A stretch of DNA of 60,483 nt from the NCBI GenBank assembly GCA_036172245.1, contig JAYWIR010000037.1, positions 2,170,001 to 2,230,483 of the forward strand. The letters run 5' to 3'. The stretch is from Raillietiella orientalis. Lineage: Eukaryota. A program made the position numbers and the translations under genes. Under the pieces are notes generated by a model that was given only the letters and a program-made list of their open reading frames with translations, was not told the DNA's origin and ran no database searches. Below, piece after piece: positions 36,430 to 50,400 of this stretch (the first letter of the stretch is position 1; each line of letters starts with the position of its first letter).

Positions 36430-39013
36430 CAGCGCTTCATTTTCCTTGGGCTCGCCTGATATCCTTGGACATGTTCCATCGATTCTTCCCCGACAGGCTA
36501 AGGTGCTCCCGCCTTCTCATCTACCTCTCCTTCTCTATGATCTTCACGCAAAGTCACCAGTCGGTAGTGAATAGAGATCTCCGCCTCCAGCTGCTTGGAG
36601 TAGTAACGCAGCGAGTGATTGAATTCTCATTCCTTCCGTCTTTCGTGAATCCCACTGCTTTGTAGCCTAGTCTCTCTTTGCTTAGCGGCTGTTGCACGTA
36701 GCGGAATTCCATGTAGAACTTTCGTGTCTCAGGAACGCTTGCAGATGCCCATCCGCGCATCTGCGAGCGATTTGCAACCCTATGCCCGTGACATTCTCAA
36801 GGGAACGCCAAGGCAATTCGCACCCAATGTGGAGTCGGAGCGAACTGCTTGTTCATCCTCTCCGTTCTTTTTTTGTTCCATTGCTGATCGATTCCTCGCA
36901 TCAGTCCTGTATCTCACTCCAAATGCTTCCCGTATTGCTCTCAGAATTCGAACACCATGAGCTTTCCGACTGGTGTTGTTCGCAAAGGACTGCAGCAAGG
37001 ATGGGTGGACAAAGGTGAGACTAGAGGAATTTCCGCTTCTGTCATCTCCTAGGGAAGCGTCCTCTAGGCCCTCTGCATCCTGTTGATACTGACTTTTGGT
37101 TCGCGAAAGCTGCCAAGGTGCTCTAACTACCTGCGATTCTTGAGGTCAGGCAACCGAATTCAGTATGGCAGAATGGACCGAGTTGTCAAGCAAATCCCTA
37201 CACTCCCTCACGGTTGGCAATCCGCTGCAGAGGATCGTGGAATGCGTGTTCGATCCGTTTACTCCGACCCGTTACACATCACCGGGAAGCATTCGCATTC
37301 CCTACCATGACAAAACTCTTGCCTGAGCAGCCCTTGCCTGTTGCTTCCTGCATTCGAGAAGAGCAGTCGGTCCCTACGATCATGTGGTAACTTCACAGCG
37401 CATCCCAGTTCGTAAGTGCCAAACTAAGCTTTCTGGTAGGAGGTGAAGGTTCCACGGAGATCTCAAGCTCCGACGTTGAGCTCCGCTACATTCCGATGGG
37501 AGTCGCGTTCTCGGCATCCGTGTCAATATGCATTTCCGGCTCATTAGAAAGACAACCTCATAGTCCAAGAAGGCGTTTCTACAATGGGAACCTTTCTGTG
37601 TAGCTCCTGCTCTCCCAAGTCATCCTGGGAGGAACACCGCGGGTGTTTCTCGTTATTTGTGCCTCGCCGGTTTCCCGTGACTGGCGAGGACGGAAAGAAG
37701 ACCTCAAACGAGCTTCCCCTGTTCCGGGATGCCAGATGTTCCATGTGTTCTGGATAGAAGCGTTCGAGGTCAGTGGACGGAACGGATGGACGTGAAAAAA
37801 GCCCTAAGCGCACCTGTGAGAACTCCAAAGATGGTCGTGCGGGGAATCCCGAAGGCAAATACCACAGCTTTTTTCATACACGCTGCCGGCGCCTCCGTAT
37901 AAATTCCCTGGTTCTCTCCACAGAAAGCGCCGTTTGCGGACGTACTCATCAGCGCTCCTTCACGTAAGGCAGGCGAACTAGCCCTTTTTACACTGGAGGG
38001 TATGCAGTGTCAGCGGAAACTCAGAAGACTCGTCCTCTTTGCGAAACTATGGACAACGCCTTGGTGCTATGCAACACGGCTGCTCGAGAAGAATCAACCG
38101 GCTGCGAAGAACGCACATCCCTCCTAGTCGCTCGCGGGAAAGCGCTGACACGTTCCAGGTACCCGCCAACTCCGACAGATGGTTTCCCTGGTAGAGGAGA
38201 TCACCCAGATGTGCCTCGTTGCAAACTACACTTCTTCTATCCAGGAGTCGCTTTTTTGCTGGGGGAAATTACACGAAGCGAGCGATGCGCGAACAATCCT
38301 CAGTCGTTGAAGAAAATGCGTCCTCAACTTGCAGAAGATGCAGTGGTTCTCGTTTCTCTGCTGTCCACTGCTGTTTTCCTGAGACGCCAAAGTCTGCGTC
38401 ATCCAGAGACGTGAGAACTTGACGTGCTGGATGGCAGCAAAGAAACTTCCGCGCAGTTGGACAACTCGCGAAGTGGTGGACGTTGTGACCGTGAATGGGG
38501 TGGGCTGCATGCACTTGTAGCATGAGGAGAGCTCCTTGGCGTCCATTCGGGGTGGAGGTGAAGGGCACTACCTTTCTGGAAGAGCGGCGCCCCCTTCCCT
38601 CAAGCAGCAAGAGTCGTCGCTGCTGGTGTTGCTTGGAGGAATCCGTGCAAAGCGCGCCAAGCACACTGGACACGAATGTGGCCGCTAAGTGTGGCAGGTG
38701 TGCGAGGAAGGAGACCTTCCCGCACTTGCTGTTGAGCTGTGCTACCCTCCAGCTGCTCGGGCATCACCTCGCGACGATCCTGAAAACTTCGGCGGGCGAC
38801 CGCCGGGACATTTCCAAACTCCTCGCGTTCCACTCTGACACCGGCCGCGTCCCTCTCAGCTCTGTTCTTTCTTCTCAGGATCATGGCAACCTAAAACTTT
38901 GGAAGAAGAATTCGGAATGTTCGTCCTGAGAGCATATCCTGAGCGCGAGTCTTCCTGAGGACCGCCTCGTGATGGCCTCACCAGGAAACTATCCTGACGG
39001 TGCTTCCCAGCCT
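36430..39013 (+). pseudogene. Degenerate LINE ORF2 remnant ending in a zf-RVT-type finger (second copy ~57415-60000)
   Basis: SSRKAGELALLTLE (PxxxGGLGL-like), LLVLLGGIPC, and CGRC..KETFPHLLL.C matching the LINE C..C...ET..HLL..C motif; the 5' boundary is uncertain. Confidence 0.65.
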
Positions 39014-42000
39014 AGTGAACCGGATGCCGAGGACGCCATGCAGCGTACCGTGATCCCTTCCTCGATTTCCCCTCCCTTGTATTAATCGTCCTCCTTCGTT
39101 TGGCCTTTGTTTTCTTTCACCCGACGCTGTAGTAGCGGACCTCGCCGGACTGCGTACCGGTCCTCAGCAGGTTCATTGCGCGTGGTAGAACCGATGCTTC
39201 TACCACAGCACGTATTCTTATTAACCAAGAAACAAATCCCACGGCATAACCGGGTGATAATCATCACCCGTCTTGCAAGGTTCATGTCCTTTCTTTCGAA
39301 ATCTTTGCGGCAAGACCGGTGTGGGTGCCTCCTTCCATATCTACTTTCTCCTTCCACTCCATGGGCGCTCCCAATTCAGTGCTTGCCTGTGCCGGTGCCA
39401 GCTACTTTTCTTCAAGCGTTTCCTCTTCTCGCAATTGTTTTAGAGATGCCCTCTTGCAAAAATGCCTCCAAGTTGCTGATGGTTCACGCCTTGAAGTACG
39501 ATCGGCCACCCAGCGCAAGCACGCAAATCGCACGCGCAAGATTCACCATCGCAGGCGACCGTCGTCCGTGACATAAGCTTGAGCTGCCAGCGAGCTGTTA
39601 ACGGAATGCGCATCACCCTACCTGCGGAATCATGCGGGAAGTAGGTATGCACGCCAAGAGCGCAGCAGCGCAAAGTCCCGTGATGAGGGAGAAGACGTAT
39701 TTGGTACACGCACGCAAGATCCAAACGACGGATGTATCATTCCCCACTATGGGCGGTTCCTGTTGCTCGCTGCTTCCCTGACCACAGGTCAACGAGAGCA
39801 CACTCACGTTTTACCCATCCGTTCCATGCAAGAAGTGATGGTCATCATCTTGAGTGACCACATTCCATAGGAATGAAGAAAAGTCCTTTCCAGCCTCCAG
39901 AGCCAGAAAAGCTCCTGGAGTCCCCGAATCACCAAGTGAGAAGGTTAAAAACCGCAGACGGGAAGCCGCTGCAAGTCAAAGCAAGCGGATCCGTCGGGAT
40001 TTCAAGACCAGCGCGCGTTCCCCGCAGGCCTGCAACCAGGGCTACCGGCCAGCGGGAGCAATGAACGATACATTGACTCAGGTCATTGCTGCTTCGAAGC
40101 TGCAAAGGGCGGTTACCACGGGAAAAGTGGTTATTTGACCAACAAGGCAGCAGTCGAAATATCCAGCATGAGCGGATGAGGGGGGACGCCGTAATTCGAT
40201 ACCCATGGAAACGAACTATCCGGCGATTCGCAGCACTCATTCCACGCAACATCCTCGAGGGGGAGCGGACGTGCCTTTCGAGACGCGAGTGACCCGTCCG
40301 AACTTGGGGTGGCAGAAGGAGGCGTCGGCGATCCCAGTTCTCCCTGAACAGACACCAAGCGACCAGACAAGCGCCGAACCAAAATCGTCGCAAAGCTGTT
40401 GCTGGGCGTGGATTCGAGAGCAGAGCGAGCTGCCACGGAGTCGAGTGGAACTCGCGGAAACCGGGCGCTACGGTTGCTACACACACAGGCGCGGCGCGCG
40501 ACCCGCGACATGAATGCGGACTGGCAGTCGGGACGCGGATCTCCACGGTGACTGGCGGCGACTCCCCCGCAGTCCCGTGCATTTCCGGTGCGACCAGCAG
40601 CTCCATTTCCATTCCGTTTCCGGTTATACCGCTAGATGAGATATCATCGCGTCGCATCAGCGTCCACCCTCGGAGAAGCTCGCAACCTCCAAGCAGGCGT
40701 CGACCTTCTCTCCGTTTCGCCTCCAGGTCGCCTGTGTGCCCTGAGATCTGCAACTAGGGAAGGTCAGATGAAAGCTCACGGACGTCCGATGTCGAGCGAC
40801 TGAGCACGACCTCGAGGTGGTGGATGCACCACCGGCTGCCACGACGATGCAGTATGGAAGGCGCAACCGCGACCACAGCCTGCCCGGAGGCCGCTGGCGC
40901 AGTTGTGCGACGAAAACCAACCCTCCTTAACGCGATAGGGTCAGGGTGTACTGCGTCTTCGTCGCGACTCAACATGGCGGACCATCTGGCAGTCGACAGC
41001 ATTAGGGTAACACCCGGCTTCTCCTTCCCTTATGCCGCATCCCTGACGCCGCACAGCCTCAGGTCCAGCCGCCACTGCGCACCTCCTCACTTGAGCAGCC
41101 CGTCCACCCTGAAATTCTTTCTTTTAATTTCGCTGTTTGTTTGTCTTGGCCCCTCCTTTATGCTGTTATGAAGGACCCCACCAGTCTGCAACCCGTGACC
41201 CGGAGGTTGGAATAAACGTGGCTGGAAAACCGGTCCAAATGCAGGGATAGAAAATATTCATTTTCGTATGAATGAACGTCTCGGCACCCCCGATTGAGAT
41301 TCCGACGGTGAAGAAGGCTTAAACCGCTGCGCAGGCACACGCTGAGAACCGTCGGCGGGAAAAGTGCAGAAAGGCCGTGCTCGCGCACGGGACGTCTCCA
41401 CGATCGACCGCGAACTCTCAGCCCCCTCCAGGCGGCAAGCGGAGATCTCTTTCAGGAGCGTGAGATTCGGTCAAGATGACATCCAATGGTTCTTCCGCAG
41501 CCTTCTCACGCCTCGAACACTTCATTCCTCCCCCCCTCATTTCGTCCCTACATTCCTAGTCCAAAAATTCCAGAGACTACCGCCTTTCGCTGATTGCTTG
41601 GCAGCAGAACCCAGATGATACACGATTCGGAAGCCGCGAGGCAGCTTTCTCGCCCGTCCTCAATGACATCATGCAATCCCCGAATCATTCTTCATTTCAC
41701 ACCATGCACAGAAGAAGAGAGCGAGGTTGCCAAGTAGCAAGACGGGCAGAGAAGCCGTCGTCGCGAACACCCACTCGAGTAGGCAGACCGCGAACCACAG
41801 GGCTACCACAAGTCCAAATGCGTACCACACGAGAGGTTCAACAAGTTCGACAAGGCAGGAAAAATTCCGCGTGCGGATGCGCACAGCGCACTCGAGAGCT
41901 CCGCTTTCCTTTGAAGACGAGTAGTAGCCAGTATTCGTCCATCCCCACCAGTATTCCAACCTGGAATTCCAAAGAATTGAAGTAACTTTTTCATTTCGGC

Positions 42001-44308
42001 AATAGTGGTGGCAGTTGCAGCTCTCTCCTTCACCGATGGGCACCAGACAGCAGAAAGCCCCATGTTGTTCATAGCGACAGTCTTGTCACTCGAGCAATCC
42101 ACCCAGTTCCGAACAAGCGTTGGCGTGAGGTTACTGACCAACTGAATTTCACATTGCAACCTTTACGTGCAAAACTGCATTGACTTGTAGTTTTTTTTCT
42201 GTGTTTGAAGAATTTGGTCTTTTGCCGACCGCTTTTCCTCTTTGTTCCCACAATTTGTGGGGAAATACAGTCATCCCTTTACGGCTGGCCGTTGATGTTG
42301 ACCAGCTGCAAGTTCCCGCTTTCCAAATGTCATCGACAGGAAAAAGGCCATCAACTAGGTCTGGGCATCCTTCTTTTTTTCCAGGCTGGGAGAGGTGTTT
42401 CGTTCGTCTGACGCAGATTTTCCATCACCAAAGTCGGCTTTCGACTCGGCAAAGTCTTCTGATTCTTCTTTTCTCTGCTCCGTAAGACACGTAGCACTAG
42501 CTGGTCCTCCCCGCACAGGCGGGACTACCACAGAGAGCACTTCGGCAGTAGCCAGGCGGCGGAATGGTAGGTCCGATTTAGGATTTCAGGTATAGAGAGA
42601 GAGCAAAGTGGTTGGACAACTGGCCAGCGAGCTGATGCCGCGACCCGGAGTACACCACTGAAGGGACTTTTGCGCTAAGGTGAGCTGCTGAGCATCCTTC
42701 GGGAAGTAATCGAGAGGGCCCCAGTTCTGAGGAATACACAGGTGCTTATAGAGTCAAGAGGCACGAGGAGACGAGATCATCACTGCAGATATAAGCCTGG
42801 GTCAAGGAAAACACTCTTCCGATTACGCATCAGAAAGGATAGAAGAAAGCCGGGCGACAGACCTCAATCCACGCAGCCGCAATACAAACCAAATAAAAAA
42901 AACCTCTGCTTCGTACCATCGGCAGGCGCCACAAATGCCGGCCCCCTCCTGCGTGCAATGCAATGCGTTGTTGCACGGAGAGAATCTTCACAACGACAGC
43001 GGGAGACAAAAAAGTCATTACGGAATGCGCCATTCTGCAGACAACGCCAGCGGCATAGTGAGCTTTTTCACTATGTGAGAGGCGCAAGAAGAGCGTTCAC
43101 GAAAGAAGGCTCTCGATTGCTTACGCCCTTGCAGCGCCTACTTATAATTCCATGTCGAAAGAACCCCAAAATTAGAAGACAGAGCGTCATAAACGCAGCC
43201 GTTTTCTCCTGGGTGTACACGGAACAAAGAGCAGCTGCCCATTCCATGACAAAGAGAAGGTATTCTCAGCTGTTTCCGATCCCGTGCACCAATACAGAAA
43301 AAGAAATCGATTACCTTCTTCCTCAACTCGTGAATCCTTTTCTTTTACGCAAACAGGGCTTTGGCGCTTGACGGTTCTCCGGTCACCGTCTTTCGGAAGA
43401 TAATATTACTTCAGAAAGCCTTGCAAACCACGGGGATGCAAAAAGGCGGGAAAAAAGGAGCTCCAGGTGAATACGCGCAGTCAATAGGAGCATGGAGAGA
43501 AAACAGGAAATCGTTGATGTTGGCGGCCACGCTCTTTCAGCGCCTCCACAGAATTCCATGAAAGAACGCTACTTCGGTAAGCGCCAGAAATGCACGTTGA
43601 TCCACGCCACAGGCGCATGCGCCTGGCCGCCTTCCCCTCTTTGAGCGTAACCACGGAAACCCTTTCCATCAGAAAAAAGAATCATGAACTTCTGGCAGCG
43701 CTCGTTTGCTGTGCTCATGGTTATTTTGTCGGCTTTTCGGGATTCGCAGTTACGCCAGTTCCCGCTGCCCTCTCGGCTCCTTCGCTAGACGAGGAGGCGC
43801 GCGAATGCTGCTCGCCTTCCCGCCCTCCGTCCGTCGCCCAACAAGGAGCTTTTTAGCCTCCGTTTCACGGACCGCGGAGTTTACGCATTCGTGCGTGCTC
43901 CTCCCTCACCCCTCATCCCCTCAAGTCCCCCTGTTAGCCCCATTGCCTCCATCCAGTCCTCCCCGCTGACGTTCGCTGCCGGAGAGAACGCTTCACCTCG
44001 CATCGACCAGGTAGCGAGGCCGGGGCTCCTCCCCGCATCCAGCCGAGGAACTCAGCATCTGAACGCAGAACACCTCCACCATGCCTGGGAGAGCAGGAAC
44101 ACCGGAGAAAAGGGCGCGCCGGCTGACGTGGGCGGCGCGGCATGGCGCGCTCCCTTCTCCGCCACAAAAGTGAAATTCGGTGGCCACGGCTCTCTGCTGA
44201 GACATCACCACCAGCCGACAGGATACGCCTCCTTCCTTATCCTGCCACTAGCCCGGCTGCTTCTTTGGCTTCCACTCTTCCGTTACCTGGAAGCTGCTAT
44301 CGGCCAAG

Positions 44309-44403
44309 AAGGCAAACTTGCAATGGTAAATAATCTTACACTTGATAAAAGGCAACAAATGTATAATAAATGTATAATAAAAGTATAATAAAATGTATAA
44401 TAA
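44309..44403 (+). repeat. 53-bp exact copy of 35116-35168 followed by four imperfect gtataataa(a) units
   Basis: aaggcaaacttgcaatggtaaataatcttacacttgataaaaggcaacaaatg is identical at both sites; a diverged equivalent sits at 23357-23445. Confidence 0.9.
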
Positions 44404-47400
44404 CTGCTTCTTTCGCTGGAGGATGGCATCGTCTTCAGAGAGAGCGAAAGTGGCGTTTCTTCTCACAGGCCAGCAGTCGGTAGCGAGTCACAGACGGGAG
44501 GTGATGGCATGCGACTACGAAAAGTCATTTCCAACCGGAGGAAACCAGAATGTGTTGTAGAGCTGTGTCACAGGTCAAAAGTCCGGTTGCTCATGGCTGA
44601 AAGGAGCAGAGGCGCGTTTGATGAGCAGAAGGATGAAAGCATCGCATTTTAGCGAAAGCCGGGGTACCTGATTTTACGGTAACACACCCCAAATTGCCCT
44701 TGTAGAGTCTGCTTGCCTCCTGTCGCACCAGGGTTTCTTTGGTCTCGTTTGACACGTATACCGACGGGTGCTGAAAAAAAAAAAAAATTCCTGCATCCCT
44801 CTTCGTAGTGATCATGGAAGCTAAAAAGTAATCAAGACCTCAAAGCACGAGGAACTTTGAGGGATTTCTCGCAGCATGAGCAGGCAACATCCCATCAAAA
44901 GGAAAACCGTGTTACCCGGAAATGTGTGGTGTCGACGTACTCTTTCGCCAGCGGTTTACCAGCAAGCGCACGGTATAGGCGTGCAGTTGGAGATAGAAGG
45001 GCACGAAGCAGGGAAGCCAAGTGAAATGGCGACATCGGCCATCAGCCTGCGACGGTGGTTTGCACCTGCGCCTGGAGGCACGAAAGGCACTGCATTGCGG
45101 CGTTCTTAGGGACCAGCATGGCGCGTTTTTTGGAAAAATCCGATTCAAAAGGTGAAGGAGCATCCCTTCGTTTCGGAAAACTATTAAGGACGCAAGGTTG
45201 AAATCGAACAGGCGCTTGCGGATGAGGAAAAGGAAATGTGACGTCAAAAGAAGGACGACACGCGCCCAACAATCGGCAAAGCTCGGAACAGACCACGCCC
45301 CATCGGAAACCGCCATTCCGCATTTTGTTTCTCTCACACGCAGACTTCCGGCTCGCTGACCGTGCACCTGACGATTCCAGAAGTCCACCCCATTCCCGTG
45401 TATCCTAAGCAAGCTTTTCTTATTGGGCATGAAGGTCCATCACGAAAACGGAAACCATTCTTTCCCTAATGTGTTCAAACCTTCGTGGTGCAGATTGGAA
45501 CGAGAAACTGTGAACGATACCCAGCAGCTTCTTGATGAGACCACGCATCAACGCGTTTCCTGCAAATGATCGGTGCGACCTGCAGAGCCCAAGACAAGCA
45601 GATGCACACAGCTATAAGCGCATGGGTGCAGACACGTAAATACACGCTGCCACGTATGCAGCTGAGGACAGAAAAAGGGAAAAGGAGGTTTCACCCTAAG
45701 AAACGTCTTTTTGAATGCTGCACCTAATTATTTCTTTTTTTACCCGCAAACGAGGAAATACATCCACGATGAACGTCCTCGTAGTACAAAGTGGACGGAA
45801 CCAACAGCAGGTGCAACGGAATCACAAAGACCACGGAAGTGCGCCTTGTGGAGTGAGCAGTCACGCTCGGCTCGCATCCAGGAACTCTTTTTCCACACCT
45901 TTTCTCATGAGTCCAGGAAACAGAAGACCTGGGAACGTGAGGTCAAGGTGAAGTGCAGGATGAATGTCCAGCGTTCAGCTTGAGTTCAAGGAAGCCGCCC
46001 CTCTGACGCAAGTTTTCCAACTTGCGTGCCAGCAGTTGCGGCTGAATGCGAGAGAGAAATCGCCATCGATGTCCACAACAGTGATATAAGAAGCACATTG
46101 CAGATGCATGCACAATGTGGAGAAGAGCAGCTGTTCTGCATGTGGAGGATGGGTACCCAAGGGATACGAATGCAGAATGTTCACGGGTAGACAAGCCTGC
46201 GCAATTAAGAACAAGGACACTCCTAAATGCAATGATAACATCGTTTCTCTCGGAAAACCCTTTCCTGCCGTCTGCGTCTTCAGGAGCACTTCAGGGAAAT
46301 TCCACAGACTGAGAAGACGCTGTAGTAAGGGGTTGAACGAACGTGTAAACGAACACATATGGTAAGCAACGTGCGATCGAGACCAAACAGACATTAAAAA
46401 GGGAAAGAAGAATGCCTTTCTGTCAGCATCAGGCAACAGAGTTCTTTTTCTCCGTGACTGTTTTTTCTATTTCATAGGAGCACACCGACCTTGGCAGAGT
46501 AGGTCCTGAGGTAGATGACGCAGTTTCTCGAGAGAGAGAAGCCTGCATCGCTGGCGCAAGCGAACACGTTACACGGGTCACGTGCACCGGCGGGCCGCAG
46601 AGAATACAAGAGAGTGGAAGAAGAAGACGCAACGTTGACAACGGCACGAGGGATTGAGCCCTGACGGATTGCCACTTGCCACTTCTCCACTCGAATAAAC
46701 ACGGCAGAGAAATGCACGAGACGGAGGTCAGAACGACAGACTGCCTTTGCGCCGCCCATAATTCTCGCGGTGGGATGTCTGTTTCCTTCTTCCAGGAAGT
46801 AAACCGGGGAAAGCATCGAATTGAGAGCCAACAAAAAGCAGAAAAGTTCTCATCAGAAATGCACTCTTCTCGCCCTTGCCGCGACGACCGGGGAGTGTAC
46901 CGCTGCACCACATGGATCCCTTCTTGGTAAGCTATCTAAAATCCATTCTTTTCATGGAGACTTCGGGATATTGGGAGCCGCTGAGTCCAGCAGAATAGCA
47001 AGAACCGTTACAGTGGTTGCGCACTGCAGGGCGATCGGGGGGGCAGCGAAGATAAAAGCACGCATCCTGGCTGCGGTAGAAAGAATGCAGCTGCGGCAAC
47101 AACGTTTCCTTCTAAGCCTGTTGACTGGCAAATTCTCTACTAGGGATCCACGTTCACGTTGCGGACGACGTTCCTGCCATTTCAAGAAGCAAACGCGAAG
47201 TGGCTTCCCAATAGGGAATGTCCACATCTCGACTCAGTCTTCCACGCTTACAACAGGAAGCCTTGAAGATGCGAACGAATGCAGCAAGGCTGCAGTCCGT
47301 GTCCAGGCGCAACTGAAAGAATTATGTACGACTAGCAGTACGCGATAGGGACTACGCAGCAACGGAAACGGCACCAAGGATATGTCAGGATTCGTCAAGA

Positions 47401-50400
47401 AGGGAAACTTCTCCTCCAGCTGTTTACTTCATTTCCTGATAGGAAACCAATGCAGTAAAAGTGGAGTATCCTCTAGATGCTGTGTGTAGGAAGTGGAAGT
47501 CGTGCATTGCTGGCGGTAACGGCAACTGAAGGGCGCGTGCACCGGTGGCCCGCAGAGAACACCACGAGGGATTGTGGCGCATTTGGATGCCCGGTATCCT
47601 TTGTCCAACCGTCCGCCCACGGCAGAAAAAGGGTTCGAGCACCGCTGCGACCGAGCTGCCCGTTCTGCCACCGACTGAGAACTGGCCAACCTCTGACGGT
47701 GGAACTCCCGTGCTTTGCAGCTTCCCAGCAGCACCGAGCACGGTTTCCACTGCAAGAATCGCTCAAGAAAAGCACTCACGAGAAGTGTGCTGTACTCACC
47801 CGTTTTGAGCCGTCCTGTGCGGATGCTGCATAATGTGGACCACGCTTCTCTGGCGCGTCCGTGGTGCACTGTCGGGTGGACATCTCTCGAAGAATGCGAC
47901 CAGCAAACTCGAGTGCCTTGCGGCAGTCAGTGGGATTGACATAAACGTTGCTTTGGCGAGTGCCGCGTTGTGGTGAAGTGATACACAGCATCACTGCTGA
48001 AGAAAGAGGCAGGGCAGCAGCTTTGCCAACAAAGTTTTCCGTGAATGCTTGGTATTCGCCTACGCCCTTTATGGGCGGCACGTCAACTTTGCCGACAGCA
48101 GCTTTCAAGTAACCGAAGAGTGGAAGCAAAAGAAGCAGCCGGGCTAGTGGCAGGATAACGAAGGAGGCCTATCCTGTCGGCTGGTGGTGATGTCTCAGCA
48201 GAGAGCCGTTGCCACCGAATTTACTTGTGGCGGAGAAGGGAGCGCGGCATGCCTGCGCCGCCCACGTCGGCCAGCGCGCCCCTCTTTCTCCGTTATGCCT
48301 GCTCTGCTGGTGTTCCGATGGAGGTGTTCTCCGATCAGCTCCTGCGATCCTCGGCTGGATGCGAGGGAGGGGCGTCGGTCTCTCTACCGCGTCGATGCGA
48401 GGTGAGGCGTTCTCTCAGGCAGCGAACGTCAGCGGGGAGGAATGGGTGAAAGCAATGGGACTAACAGGGGGAAATTAAGGGGATGATGGGTGAGGGAGCA
48501 CACGCCCGAATGAGTAAACTCCGCGTTCCCTGGAACGGAGGCCAAGGAGCTGCTTCTTGGGCGACGGAGGGAGGGCAGGAAGGCGGGCAGCTACTTCCGT
48601 TCCTCCTCGTCTAGCGAGGGAGCCGTCAGGGCAGCGTATAGGAATCGCGCGTAATCGCGGATCCTGAAAGCCGACAGAATCACCATAAGCACTGCAAACG
48701 AGCGCTTCCAGAAGTTCATGATTCTTTTTTCTGATGGAACGGCTTTCCGTGGTTACGCGCAATGGGTCGAAGGAGGCCAGGCGCATGCGCCTCTGACGTG
48801 GATTTTTGTGCTTTTATTGCGATTACCGCTGTAGCGGACTGCCTTTGAATTCTGTGGACGCGCTGAAGGAGCGTGGCCTCCGAGATGAACGATGTCCTGC
48901 TTTCTCTCAATGCTCCTATTGACTGCGCGTATTCACCTGGAGCTCCTTTTCTCCCGCCTTTTTGCATCCCCGTGGTTTTCAATGCTTTCTGAAGTAATAT
49001 TATCTTCCGAAAGTCGGTGACCGGAAAACCGTCAAGCGCCAAAGCCCTGTTTGCGTGGAAGAAAAGGATTTACGAGTTGAGGAAGGAAGGGAATTGATTT
49101 CTCTTTCTGTATTGGTGCACGGGATCGAAAGCAGCTGAGAATGCCTTCTCCTTGTCATGGAATCGGCAGCTCCTCTTTCTTCCATGTACACGAGACCACG
49201 GCGGCATTTAAGACGCTCTGTCTTCTAATTTTAGGGTTGTTTCGAAATGGAATTATAAGTAGGCGCTGCAAGGGCGTAGGCAATCGAAAGCCGTCTTTCG
49301 TGAACGCTATTCTGGCGCCTCGCACATATTGCAAGAGCTCACTATGGCGCTGGCGTTGTCTGCAGAATGGCACATTCCGTAATGACTTTTTTGTCTCCCG
49401 CTGTCGTTGTGAAGATTCTTTCCGTGCAACAACGCATTGCATTGCACGCAGGAAGGCGCCGGCATTTGCGGCGCCTGCCGATGGTACGAAGCAGAGGTGT
49501 TTTCATTTGCATTCTATTGCGGCTGCGTAATTTAGGTCTGTCGCCCGGGTGTCTTCTATTCTTTGTGATGCGTAATCGAAAGATTGGTTTTTTTTGACCC
49601 AGGCATCGACCTGCAGTGATGATCTCGTCTCCTTGTGCCTCTTAACTCTATAGGGAAGTAGAACCCTTCTACTTCTGGTCGCCTCCGGTTTTTTTCGCAC
49701 TTGCTCTATGGTGTTACCACCGTTCCGGTGAGATGGCTTGGATTGGAAGTGCTTTTGTGGTGATGCTGCTCTTAGGCAGTCGGTGCTTCCGAACACACGG
49801 TCGTGGTTGATGCACCTTTTCAAAGTGCAGCGGAGGTTCTTGCTGCGATGCAAAGTTATCTTGGATGGTACGAAACAATAAAATGTCCCGGGTTTGGCGG
49901 CAGAAATCCCTTCTTTTGTGAACTCAGAAGAAACGTTTACCACTACACTCATCAGTGCGCAGTATTTCTAAAGAATTTCCTAATTTGGAGGAAGTTTCTT
50001 GACTGCGTTAGATGGTGGTCACCGAATTGCTGCGCGCGTTTGCCCGTACTTGAGCTATCGTTATGAACGCGAGCTACACGTCATCGCCTCCGCACTGCTG
50101 AAAGCTGAGTGCGCGTGTTTTTGCAAGTAGGAGAGCTCGATTGCATGCATGCATCAGTCGCATGTCTCTTTGTAAACGTGACATCATTCAATTGGGCGAC
50201 TTTGAGCTTCGAGTATCCCTTATATGATGCGGAAACCGCCTGGGGTACAATGTGGCTCCGAAAGTAGTCCCTCTGTAAAGCGAGGATCTGTCCCTGCTTC
50301 CGGCGACGCCGCAAATGCGAATGCAATAAGGCAGCTGTTTCAGTGACATCACTGTTTACGTGTTCGCTGTACGCTGCGTCACAAGCCAGGAACAGGTGTG

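Larger units (their letters stand above)
20504..41451 (+). repeat. ~21-kb tandem segmental duplication, copy 1
   Basis: Dozens of ORFs recur at an offset of ~20,955-20,995 (20714/41669, 23632/44591, 25468/46429, 30968/51948, 33245/54228, 36269/57255). Homology can be checked only to ~39488 because copy 2 is cut by the window end. Confidence 0.95.

Noticed and set aside
39600..41450. Several 100-270 aa overlapping ORFs
   Set aside because: GC-rich, open on both strands, with no clear motifs; possibly more decayed LINE sequence but not supportable.
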